Source: Candidatus Aegiribacteria sp. | Lineage (GTDB): Bacteria > Fermentibacterota > Fermentibacteria > Fermentibacterales > JCC-6 | Direction: 5' to 3' | DNA: 64,000 bases | Assembly (NCBI GenBank): GCA_046498225.1 | Contig: JAWOBF010000059.1 | Coordinates: forward strand, 8,900-72,899 | Shown here: positions 35,470 to 44,176 of the stretch, in pieces | Position numbering within the stretch: the stretch's first letter is position 1 | Layout: the number at the start of each line of letters is the position of its first letter | The notes under the pieces: model-generated | Databases searched by the model: none | What the model saw: only the letters and a program-made list of their open reading frames with translations | Told to the model about the DNA's origin: nothing | Program-made: the position numbers and the translations under genes

Positions 35470-37143
35470 TCAGAAATCCCTTCCCGCCAGACTCCTGTAT
35501 CCGGCCCTGACGAACAGTACCACAACCACAGCTGTGAGGACGGTGAGCCATCCCACTGATACTTTCATGTACTGCAGAAGAGCGGTGGAAGGAGACCGGG
35601 CCGCAAAGGAGTTCCTCAGGGTCATGCCCAGCAGTGTGACCGAAACCAGAACGTAGCTCATGGACGCGAAGGCAGCGATTATTCCACCCTGGCTGCTGGC
35701 TATATTGGCGGCGCTTCCCCTGTCGAACCTGGGGAATACGGCTCCCAGGCCGGTGTTTATGCTCACCAGGGCGGCGCACATCAGCGTCAGGGATATGGTG
35801 GAAACAGCCACCAGGACCCATCCGGCACCTATCTTGAGCGTGGACCAGACTCCTACGCCCACTATGAATGGAGCGATGAAAATGAAGGATTCCACCCATT
35901 TGCTCCGAAGCAGAAGCCCCCTGCCGCCGGGAAGCTGGAGGATGTAGCTGAGCCCCGGACCCTCCAGGCTGATGGAGGGAAAAGTGAACCTGACCAGAAG
36001 GGTGGCGGTCACGAAGCATGAAAAGGAGAAATTCAGGTAGACCAGTATGGACCGCCAGAACTGGTGGCCGATGTCTGTGGGGAACCTGTTTATGTTCATC
36101 GCGTACACCAGGAACAGTCCGGTGAGCAGAAGGAGCTGGCTCCACTGTACGGGGTCCCTGAAGAACAGGAGGACGTCCTTGCTGAGCATGGTCTTGAAAC
36201 GGCCTCCGGACCTCAGGAAAAGGTTGCTGCCCCTCCTTCTGGATGAGACGGCCTGCACCGATGAGTACATCTTCCTGAAACCCGGGCATATCATGAGACA
36301 GGCCAGTCCCGCGGCGGCGGCTGCTTCCAGAAGTAGTATCCCGACGCTGAGAAGTCCCCGGGCCAGGTTCCCCTCATCGATGAAGATGATGCTGTTGGCG
36401 AAGAGCGTATGCGGCCACAGGGAGCCTCCGGCTATCGGAAGGTCTGCTACGAAGCTCTGCAGAGCGTCCAGAGCCGTTTCATCCTCGGCAACCATGCCCG
36501 CCGGGTCCGATCCCTGAAGTATCAGAAAGATCCCGGCTACCACCAGCAGCCCCAGCAGCCCCGCCGTTCTCCATATACGGCCGCTGCCGCTGCCGATTCT
36601 GATGGATGCCCCCAGCAGAATGGTACCCGATGACAGCCAGACCAGCATAAGCAGCGGGAAGGCCGCCAGGGATACAAGGGTGGCCGTGGAACTCACCTGA
36701 AGCGAGACGCAGAAGGCAAGGACGATGGGCACACCCAGCAGAAGAATGGCCCATCCAGCGTTGAACCAGCTTTCGACCCCCCTGTAGAAGGCCGTCAGGC
36801 GGTCCCTTACCGGCATGCTGAGCAGGTAGGATGTCTCCCATGACCTGAATACCACAGAAACCCCGCTGATGAAGGAAGATATCCCGATGAACACTCCCAG
36901 CGTCATGAAGGTCATGGACATGAGTCTCCTGGCCAGGGCCACTCCGAAACCGGCGAAGGTCTCCTCCAGGCTGTAGATGTAACTGAACAGGAATTCGAAG
37001 AGCAGGAATATTCCGGGCACCAGCACACCCATGGTGACAATGCCGGCGATGACCTTGAGCCTGTTGTCGCTCCATTCGGAGGATACGGCGCCCAGCAGGG
37101 TCGCCCATTTCATTTTGAACAGGAGTACCATCTTCCAAAGCAT
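35470..37143 (-). CDS. Large polytopic membrane protein (about 12-14 TM, 'putative ABC-exporter permease'-like) with no ATPase partner in the window
   Basis: 557 aa of almost uninterrupted hydrophobic helices. No catalytic motif recognised. Confidence 0.6.
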   Translation of the reverse strand: MLWKMVLLFKMKWATLLGAVSSEWSDNRLKVIAGIVTMGVLVPGIFLLFEFLFSYIYSLEETFAGFGVALARRLMSMTFMTLGVFIGISSFISGVSVVFRSWETSYLLSMPVRDRLTAFYRGVESWFNAGWAILLLGVPIVLAFCVSLQVSSTATLVSLAAFPLLMLVWLSSGTILLGASIRIGSGSGRIWRTAGLLGLLVVAGIFLILQGSDPAGMVAEDETALDALQSFVADLPIAGGSLWPHTLFANSIIFIDEGNLARGLLSVGILLLEAAAAAGLACLMICPGFRKMYSSVQAVSSRRRGSNLFLRSGGRFKTMLSKDVLLFFRDPVQWSQLLLLTGLFLVYAMNINRFPTDIGHQFWRSILVYLNFSFSCFVTATLLVRFTFPSISLEGPGLSYILQLPGGRGLLLRSKWVESFIFIAPFIVGVGVWSTLKIGAGWVLVAVSTISLTLMCAALVSINTGLGAVFPRFDRGSAANIASSQGGIIAAFASMSYVLVSVTLLGMTLRNSFAARSPSTALLQYMKVSVGWLTVLTAVVVVLFVRAGYRSLAGRDF

Positions 37144-37250
37144 ACGGGAAAATAATACCTTGCGCCGCCACCTCCCAGCCCCATGCCGTGAGCGTGATGG
37201 ACAGACTTCCAGCCGGGGAATAGATTACGGTGTTCGAAAAGGAGGCTGGA

Positions 37251-37598
37251 ATGAAATGTCCCAACTGCGGAGCCCAGATAAACGCTTTCGGGGATGACGG
37301 CTATACCTGCGAGTACTGTCATTCCAGTTTCCATCCCCGTGAACTGGACCCGGACTGGAAGGCCGGCACGGACGGGCCGGAGGTAAGGGAAGTTCATCAT
37401 CATTACCACCACAGTGAACCGCCCGACAGGCTTTCGGCCGGCATGGGGTGCCTGGTCTTTCTCTTCTTCCCCCTGGGCTGGATTATCTACTTCCTCTACC
37501 GTGATTCCTCCCCCAGAAAAGCCAGGACAGCCATGATAATTGCCGCTGTCATGACGGTGTTCTTTCTCACAGGTGTTGTTACCGGCGGCGGCAGCTAG
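37251..37598 (+). CDS. Small zinc-ribbon protein with a His-rich linker and two C-terminal TM helices
   Basis: MKCPNCGAQ...YTCEYCHSSF (CxxC...CxxC), HHHYHH, then LVFLFFPLGWIIYFLY and IIAAVMTVFFLTGVV. AAGGAGG RBS before ATG 37251. Confidence 0.55.
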   Translation: MKCPNCGAQINAFGDDGYTCEYCHSSFHPRELDPDWKAGTDGPEVREVHHHYHHSEPPDRLSAGMGCLVFLFFPLGWIIYFLYRDSSPRKARTAMIIAAVMTVFFLTGVVTGGGS

Positions 37599-37665
37599 CC
37601 GGAAGGCCGGCCCTGAACATCCCCGCAGGCTCACTTTTTTATGGACCGTGACAGGGAGTTGATCG

Positions 37666-39225
37666 ATGCCGGGAAGCAGTTCAACATGGCTTACGGAAAA
37701 ACGGGGCGGAATCGCAGCGGTTCTGTTCGCCCTTGCCACCAGGATGGCCCATTACATCGGTTACCTCCTGGGACAGCGGACCGAACTGTACTACTGGCCT
37801 GTCCTGGCCTGCAGGAAGTTCGAGTCCGCGGCTGCGGGAATCCTTCAGGGAGACCCGGGCGCGGGACCGTTCACCTACGCCAGTCCCCTCTACAGGTACT
37901 TCCTTCTTCCCTTCTACGCGGCGGAGGCCGGCCGGACCGGCCTGTTCGTGTTCCAGAGCCTTCTGGGAGTCCTTACCGCGTGGATGATATTCAGACTTGC
38001 CCTCCGGGCGGGGGCGGGAACCGGACCGGCCCTGGCCGGGGCGGCGGGCTGGTCCCTCTACGCGCCGGCGGTGTTCTTCGAACTCACCATTCTTCCCGTC
38101 TCGCTTCTGACACTTCTGATAACGGGTTTCACGCTGCTCCAGACAGGCAGGGGAGCCAACAGTATCCGTTCGGCAGGTTCAGGCCTGATAGCGGGGTTGA
38201 TATCGGGGCTCAGGCCGCCTTTCATCCTCCTGCTGGGGACACCCGTCTGGAAATACCTGCGGAATAGGGAATGGAGAAATCTGCTCATCTTGTTTCCGGC
38301 TCTCCTGCTTCCCCTCCTGTTCCTCTCCTACCAGCATGAAAGGGCGGGAGGCGGCTTCTATCCCTTCCCCAGGACCGCGGGGACCAATCTGGTTCTAGGC
38401 CACAGCTCACAGTCCTCCGGGTACGGGCCGCCGATACCATCCCTGGGTCTGGTGGAGACCGGAAGAGGGGATATCCATGAGGTCGCGGCAGAAGCTGCGG
38501 CGGACCTGGGCTACTCCACCCCCGCGGAAGCCGACGCCTACTGGATGAGGACCGCCCTGTCCTGGATAGCGGAAAATCCGCTGGAGGAGCTGAGGTTGAT
38601 GGCGGTCAAGGTCGGAGGTTTCTTCGGCGCGGGAGCCTTCGACACCTATTACGAAATGGGAAGGGTCAGGTCGTTCAATCCCGTGTTCCGGCTGTTCTTC
38701 GTTCCCCGTTTCCTGCTGGTCATGGTATTCCTGGCAGGCCTGGTGAGCTTCTGCGTCGGAGGGAAGCACCGCGCGGCCATACTTGCCCCCGTGGCGGTGG
38801 CCCTTCTTTCCACGGTTGTCTTCGTCCATTCCGAGAGGTACTTCCTTCCGGCGCTTCCTCTCATGGCGGCCGCCGGTGTGTCCGGACTGACCGTACTCTT
38901 TCGAAGGGCGGGGACAGCTCCGCTGCGGTGGGCCGCGGCCGGGATCACCGGCCTGCTTCTGATGCTGCCCTCACTGATCTATCCCGTACCCCGGGTGCCG
39001 GAAGAGATGTTCATCGGATCGCTTGCGGTCAGGGCCCATCACATGGAGGACTACGTCACGGCGCTGGAGCTGTTCGAAAGGGCCGCGCTACTGGCCCGCC
39101 GGGGCAGTGTCGTCTGGGTGCAGGGACATTCGGAGGCAGCCGGGATCGCCCGTGCCCTGGGTAACACCGAAAGGGCGGAGCAGCACGAGAATATCCTTCA
39201 GGAAGCGGGATTCCTCCCGAACTGA
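37666..39225 (+). CDS. Polytopic GT-C-like (ArnT/PMT_2-like) membrane protein with a short C-terminal TPR-like region, putative glycosyltransferase
   Basis: Many TM helices, a large loop, and a C-terminal helical repeat (YVTALELFERAALLARRG...). The assignment rests on architecture only. Confidence 0.5.
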   Translation: MPGSSSTWLTEKRGGIAAVLFALATRMAHYIGYLLGQRTELYYWPVLACRKFESAAAGILQGDPGAGPFTYASPLYRYFLLPFYAAEAGRTGLFVFQSLLGVLTAWMIFRLALRAGAGTGPALAGAAGWSLYAPAVFFELTILPVSLLTLLITGFTLLQTGRGANSIRSAGSGLIAGLISGLRPPFILLLGTPVWKYLRNREWRNLLILFPALLLPLLFLSYQHERAGGGFYPFPRTAGTNLVLGHSSQSSGYGPPIPSLGLVETGRGDIHEVAAEAAADLGYSTPAEADAYWMRTALSWIAENPLEELRLMAVKVGGFFGAGAFDTYYEMGRVRSFNPVFRLFFVPRFLLVMVFLAGLVSFCVGGKHRAAILAPVAVALLSTVVFVHSERYFLPALPLMAAAGVSGLTVLFRRAGTAPLRWAAAGITGLLLMLPSLIYPVPRVPEEMFIGSLAVRAHHMEDYVTALELFERAALLARRGSVVWVQGHSEAAGIARALGNTERAEQHENILQEAGFLPN

Positions 39226-40271
39226 CCGACGTCTTCGTTCATTTCGTTCAGGAACGCCACCAGCAGCTCTATGGCGGTCTCCACATCGTGTCTGTGGATG
39301 ACAGCCACCGGGCTGTGTCCGTACCTGGTGGGAATGGAAAGGCACGTGGAATGCGCTCCCGGGGAGAACCTCTGCATGCTGGAGGTATCCGTCCCGCCCC
39401 TGGCCAGGATCTCCATCTGATGGTCGATCCCCCGGTCCTCGGCCAGTTTTCTGATGTACTCCACCAGGGGTGTGGAACTGATGACGCTGGAATCCATCTG
39501 CTTTATGGCCACGCCACTGCCCAGGTCCGCCACCTTCATTCTGGCGGGAAATCCCGGAGTGTCCCCAGCCCCGGTGATGTCCACCGCTATGCCCACGTCC
39601 GGACCGACAGCCTGAGCTGCAACAGTGGAGCCCCGCAGACCCACCTCTTCCTGAGAGGTGCCCACCGCGTATACATCGATGGAGGGATTCTCGTACCGCT
39701 TCATGGCTTCTATGATGATGTAGACCCCTACCCTGTCGTCGAATGCCTTGGCCAGCAGGCAGTCGCCCAGCTCCATGAACTCGCTGTCCATGGAGACCCA
39801 GTCACCCCTGCTGACCCTCTCCTTAACCTCTTCCCCGGGCAGCCCGAAGTCCAGGTAGAGCTTGTCGATCTTCGCCGGGGAAGCCTTGTCCTTCTCCGCA
39901 GGCTCCCACATCCTGTGCATCACCGCCGGAAGAAGCTCTCCGCCCCTGGTATGCACCCTGACCGTGTGACCGAGGATGCTGGCCGGGTCCCATCCGCCCA
40001 CCGGCACCACCGAGGCGAAGCCGCTCTCGTCGATGTTGTACACCAGGAAGCCTATCTCATCGATATGTCCGGCCAGCATGATCTTCGGACGGTCCTTCCC
40101 CCCGCTTCCCTTCCTCACCGCCGTAACGTTTTTCATGGCATCGGTGTAGATCCTGTCGGCATGACCTTCGAGGGCTTCCCTGAAAATCTCCACTATCGCG
40201 TCCTCGTGCCCCGATACTCCGTCTGCCTCGCAGAGTCTCCTGAGAAGTTCCATCCGTGGATTTCCTTTCAT
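39198..40271 (-). CDS. M42-family metallo-aminopeptidase (FrvX/endoglucanase-like)
   Basis: LLRRLCEADGVSGHEDAIV, LAGHIDEIGF and GTSQEEVGLRGS. Start at MKGNPRM (40271). The 3' end overlaps the convergent GT-C-like gene by 28 nt. Confidence 0.85.
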   Translation of the reverse strand: MKGNPRMELLRRLCEADGVSGHEDAIVEIFREALEGHADRIYTDAMKNVTAVRKGSGGKDRPKIMLAGHIDEIGFLVYNIDESGFASVVPVGGWDPASILGHTVRVHTRGGELLPAVMHRMWEPAEKDKASPAKIDKLYLDFGLPGEEVKERVSRGDWVSMDSEFMELGDCLLAKAFDDRVGVYIIIEAMKRYENPSIDVYAVGTSQEEVGLRGSTVAAQAVGPDVGIAVDITGAGDTPGFPARMKVADLGSGVAIKQMDSSVISSTPLVEYIRKLAEDRGIDHQMEILARGGTDTSSMQRFSPGAHSTCLSIPTRYGHSPVAVIHRHDVETAIELLVAFLNEMNEDVGQFGRNPAS

Positions 40272-40290
40272 TCCGCCGAATTCGCTCCGG

Positions 40291-41226
40291 CTACCTGGCT
40301 TCCATCCAGGTGAACCCCGCCGCGTCCATCCACCGTGTCGGGGAGGACGCAGCGAAATCAATATCTTCGATGACGCTGGCAGCCGCTTCCGCGGGCTCCA
40401 GCCCGTTCTCAAGTATCTGGTTCAGGTAGAATATCTCGATGATGCCGCTGGCTCCCCAGTCCACACTGTTGGTGTATCCCGATACAAGGAATCCCGAAGG
40501 CCAGGTCTCTCTTGAGTCGATAATCGCCCGTGGAAGGTTCCCGGCCATTATTTCGCAGCAGCTGAAATGCACCATGGCCAGGTTGCCGCAAGGTTCTATG
40601 GCCTTAAGGAAATCCCGCTGCGAAACCGTCCCCGAAGCCAGCTCTATACCCGCGGGTGTTCCATGGGAGGCGATGACGAGGTAGAGGTCTCCCGGCAGTC
40701 CGGAGGATTCCAGACAGAACTGCTTCAGGTCGTCCCCGTCGTGGATGAACCTGTGCCTCACCGAGACTCCCGGAGCCCTGGCGAACCAGCTTGCCAGCAT
40801 CTCTCCAAAGGAGTACTCGTCATCGCTGAGGGAGGACTGCCATTCGGACTCCAGTACCACAAGCCAGTTGGAGGGGGCCATGCCGGAGCCGGTCCTGTAT
40901 CCCTCCCACTCGTGCCAGGCTCCTCCTCCATCCGGTCTCCAGTTCCCGCTGATCCGGTTCCCGTCATCGGAAAGCCGGAACCAGCCCTCTCCGGAAGCGG
41001 AGGGCTCGGTGTAGGTGAACACCAGCCTTCCGTCGTCTTCGACCCCGCCTCGAATGGTGGAGTACCCTCCCAGGGTGTAGTATCCGCTCACGGAACCGTT
41101 CTCCTGAAAAAGGACCAGCGTGCCGTATGTGGTATCCCAGGTCCCGGAGAAATCGACCGCTTCCTCCGCCGGGGCGGACAGCGGCAGGAACAGGGCCGCC
41201 GCCATCACCGGAGCGAGACCCCTCAT
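40291..41226 (-). CDS. Secreted protein with an N-terminal beta-rich domain and a C-terminal domain carrying a caspase/legumain-like His...Cys arrangement (putative cysteine peptidase fold)
   Basis: Signal peptide MRGLAPVMAAALFLPLSAPAEE. LYLVIASHGTPAG (His188) and AMVHFSCCEIMAG (Cys223/224) lie about 35 residues apart after hydrophobic strands. Confidence 0.55.
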   Translation of the reverse strand: MRGLAPVMAAALFLPLSAPAEEAVDFSGTWDTTYGTLVLFQENGSVSGYYTLGGYSTIRGGVEDDGRLVFTYTEPSASGEGWFRLSDDGNRISGNWRPDGGGAWHEWEGYRTGSGMAPSNWLVVLESEWQSSLSDDEYSFGEMLASWFARAPGVSVRHRFIHDGDDLKQFCLESSGLPGDLYLVIASHGTPAGIELASGTVSQRDFLKAIEPCGNLAMVHFSCCEIMAGNLPRAIIDSRETWPSGFLVSGYTNSVDWGASGIIEIFYLNQILENGLEPAEAAASVIEDIDFAASSPTRWMDAAGFTWMEAR

Positions 41227-43010
41227 TCGAGGATCGCCCTTATCCTGCGGACACCCCTTGAGGAGCTCTTCTCCTTGAGTATTCTAAAATGGCCCAGCTC
41301 ACCGGTCCTGGACACATGGGGCCCTCCGCATATCTCCAGAGAGTAATCACCTATACGGTAGACCTTCACCCTGTCACCGTACCTGCTGCGGAAAAGTCCA
41401 ATCGCCCCCTCGTCCAGGGCCTCCTCCAGCAGCTTCTCCTCGCAGACCACCGGCAGGTCGGCCTCTATCATCCGGTTGACCGATCGCTCCACCTGTTCTA
41501 TCTCGCTGTCGGTCATCGCCTCGGAGTGGCTGAAGTCGAACCTGAGCCTCTTCTCCGTGATGTTGCTTCCCTTCTGCTCCACATGGTCTCCCAGTACCTC
41601 CCTCAGGGCCTGGTGAAGAAGGTGTGTGGCGGTGTGAAGCCTGGTTACCATCCGGCTGTTGTCCGCCAGACCGCCGCTGAACTTTTTCTCGCTGCCCTGC
41701 CGGGAAAGTTCCCTGTGCTTGTCGAATGCTTTTCTGTAACCTTCCATGTCGACGGTCATGCCGTGCTCGGAGGCCAGCTCGCCGGTGAATTCCACCGGGA
41801 AACCGTACGTGTCGTACAGCCTGAAGGCTACTCTGCCGGGAATTATTCCTGACGGGTTCTTCAGCAGGTTGGGAAGCAGTTTCTCGAACTCCCTCAGGCC
41901 GGCCTGGAGGGTCGCCTCGAACCTCTCTTCCTCCCCGGCCAGCTCCCCTATCACGAAATCCCTGTTCCTTTCCAGCTCCTCATGCACCGGGGACTCGGTC
42001 TGTATGACCAGTTCCGCCAGCCTGTGGGTGAACGGCTCCTCTATGCCCAGCTTCCTTCCGTGCCTTATAGCGAGGCGAACCAGCCTTCGAAGGACGTAGC
42101 CCCTGTCCAGGTTGGAGGGGGGTACCCCCTGGTCGTCGCCCAGTATATGGGTGGCTGTCCGGATATGGTCGGAGATTATTCGAAGCGAGCGCAGCGACAA
42201 GGGATCCGGGCTGGAGCCAATTCCGGCGAGCTTTCTCAGGAAGCCGAAAAGGGGCCGGAACTGGGGTATGTCGTAGATGGAATCTTTTCCGTTCATCATG
42301 GCCACCGTCCTGGCTACCCCCATTCCGGTGTCCACGTTCTTCTGCTTCAGGGGCACGAAAGTTCCCTCAGTTGTCTTGCGGTACTCCATGAAGACGTCGT
42401 TCCATATCTCGAAGAACCTGCCGCAGCCGCAGCCGGGCCTGCATTCCGGCCCGCAGGAGGGTCTGCCCGTATCGATGAACATCTCCGTGTCCGGCCCGCA
42501 GGGTCCCGTGGCCCCAGTCGGACCCCACCAGTTATCCTCCCTGGCCAGGAAGTATATCCGGTCGCGGGAAACCCCCACCTCCTCCCACAGGGCCGCGGCC
42601 TCCTCGTCGGGCGGCACCTGGTCGTCACCGGCGAAGACCGTGACATGGAGCTTCTCGGGGTTGAAACCCAGCCAGTCGCTGTCGGTAAGGAACTGGAAGC
42701 TCCATTCGATTGACTCCCTCTTGAAGTAATCACCCAGCGACCAGTTGCCCAGCATCTCGAAGAAGGTCAGGTGGGAGGAATCCCCCACTTCTTCGATGTC
42801 GCCTGTCCTTATGCACTTCTGCACGTTCACCAGCCTGCTGCCTGCGGGATGCCTCTCCCCCAGCAGGTAGGGAACCAGGGGCTGCATGCCCGCGGGAGTG
42901 AAGAGTATGGTGGAATCCTCCTGCGGTATCAGGGAGGCCCCCTGTATCAGGGCATGTCCCTTTCCGGTAAAAAAATCGAAATAGAGCTGCTTCAGTTCTT
43001 CTGCGGTCAT
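41223..43010 (-). CDS. alaS: Alanine--tRNA ligase, short form (595 aa) ending after the editing domain, with no C-Ala domain
   Basis: FTPAGMQP, NVQKCIRTGDIE, HLTFFEMLGNWSLGDYFK, GPCGPDTEMF, FEIWNDVFM, editing HTATHLLHQALREVLG and EICGGPHV. It ends ...SRGVRRIRAILE. Confidence 0.9.
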   Translation of the reverse strand: MTAEELKQLYFDFFTGKGHALIQGASLIPQEDSTILFTPAGMQPLVPYLLGERHPAGSRLVNVQKCIRTGDIEEVGDSSHLTFFEMLGNWSLGDYFKRESIEWSFQFLTDSDWLGFNPEKLHVTVFAGDDQVPPDEEAAALWEEVGVSRDRIYFLAREDNWWGPTGATGPCGPDTEMFIDTGRPSCGPECRPGCGCGRFFEIWNDVFMEYRKTTEGTFVPLKQKNVDTGMGVARTVAMMNGKDSIYDIPQFRPLFGFLRKLAGIGSSPDPLSLRSLRIISDHIRTATHILGDDQGVPPSNLDRGYVLRRLVRLAIRHGRKLGIEEPFTHRLAELVIQTESPVHEELERNRDFVIGELAGEEERFEATLQAGLREFEKLLPNLLKNPSGIIPGRVAFRLYDTYGFPVEFTGELASEHGMTVDMEGYRKAFDKHRELSRQGSEKKFSGGLADNSRMVTRLHTATHLLHQALREVLGDHVEQKGSNITEKRLRFDFSHSEAMTDSEIEQVERSVNRMIEADLPVVCEEKLLEEALDEGAIGLFRSRYGDRVKVYRIGDYSLEICGGPHVSRTGELGHFRILKEKSSSRGVRRIRAILE

Positions 43011-43035
43011 TGCCTGTCCTCAGTCATTCCAATAG

Positions 43036-44163
43036 CTATTGAACATCCTTCTGAAATATCCTGTAGGTCCTGTACTGGTCCGCCTTCAGGTCCCTCTCCA
43101 GTATCCTCCTCATGGACAGGTTGTCGTCCAGTATCCAGGAGAGTTCACCCCATATCACTCCCTGTTCCACATTGGACTTGATTATCCTGTCTATCAGGAG
43201 CGCTTCGAATCCTCTGCCGCGGTAAGCGTTCCTGACGCCCAGCAGCAGGACCCTGCTCCGGTCTATGTTTACCCTGAAGAACGGTACCTTCAGGGCGAGA
43301 ATAGCCTTCAGGAGGCTTCCCCCCGCCCTTTTGAATGCCTGGTTGGCGTCGGGCAGGGAAACTGCGAAAGCCACCGGCTCCCCGTCAACTTCAACGATGG
43401 GGGCCATTCGAGGGACCATGATCATCTTCAGCTCGTCGGCCATCATGTCCAGCTCTTCCTTGGTCATGGGCACGAACCCCCAGTTGTCCCGCCAGCATTC
43501 GTTGTAGATGTCCATGATCAGCGGAACTTCCTGGTGTATCCTCTTTCTGGAGATATCCCGGAGGACCGCGCTGCTTCTTCTGCGGACCATATCCGCGACC
43601 CTGGACATTCGGGAGTCCACGGCAAGCGAGGACCTGAGACTGTAGGCGTAGAGGTCCTTTATGGGGGCGAAACCTGAACCTTCCAGCAGGTCTTCGTACC
43701 ATGGGGGATTGTAGGGCATCATAATCAGCGGGGGTCCGTCGAAACCCTTTACCAGGAGTCCGCACTCCTCGTTGGTGGAGAAGTTCATCGGCCCTCTGAT
43801 CCTTTCCATGCCGGCGGCTTCAAGCTCTTTCTGGCAGGCTTCCAGCAGGCACCGGGTAAGTCGAAGGTCGTTCTCCATCTCCATGAACCCGAAAAAACCG
43901 GTCTTCTCATCATGGTATTCGTTGTGAGCGTGGTTGACTATGGACGCCACCCTGCCCCGTACGGTCCCTTCCCCGTCCCTGGCAAGGAAGTACTCCACAT
44001 CGGCGTGGCGATGGAAGGGGTGCTTGCTCCTGTCCAGGAGCTGACGCTGGAGATATTTGACCGGGGGAACCCAGTTCGGGTCATCCCTGTAAAGTCTGAA
44101 AGGAAGGTCGACGAAGCGGTTCAGCTTTTCCCGGCTGGCGACCCTCTCGATGGTAAACGGCAT
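43036..44163 (-). CDS. GNAT-fold acyltransferase-like protein (375 aa), candidate bacterial ceramide synthase-type N-acyltransferase
   Basis: N-terminus MPFTIERVASREKLNRFVDLPFRLYRDDPNWVPPV is typical of a widespread FCB-group GNAT-like family. C-terminal acetyltransferase core (LLLGVRNAYRGRGFEALLI). Confidence 0.65.
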   Translation of the reverse strand: MPFTIERVASREKLNRFVDLPFRLYRDDPNWVPPVKYLQRQLLDRSKHPFHRHADVEYFLARDGEGTVRGRVASIVNHAHNEYHDEKTGFFGFMEMENDLRLTRCLLEACQKELEAAGMERIRGPMNFSTNEECGLLVKGFDGPPLIMMPYNPPWYEDLLEGSGFAPIKDLYAYSLRSSLAVDSRMSRVADMVRRRSSAVLRDISRKRIHQEVPLIMDIYNECWRDNWGFVPMTKEELDMMADELKMIMVPRMAPIVEVDGEPVAFAVSLPDANQAFKRAGGSLLKAILALKVPFFRVNIDRSRVLLLGVRNAYRGRGFEALLIDRIIKSNVEQGVIWGELSWILDDNLSMRRILERDLKADQYRTYRIFQKDVQ

Positions 44164-44176
44164 GGGACCTCCAGGA

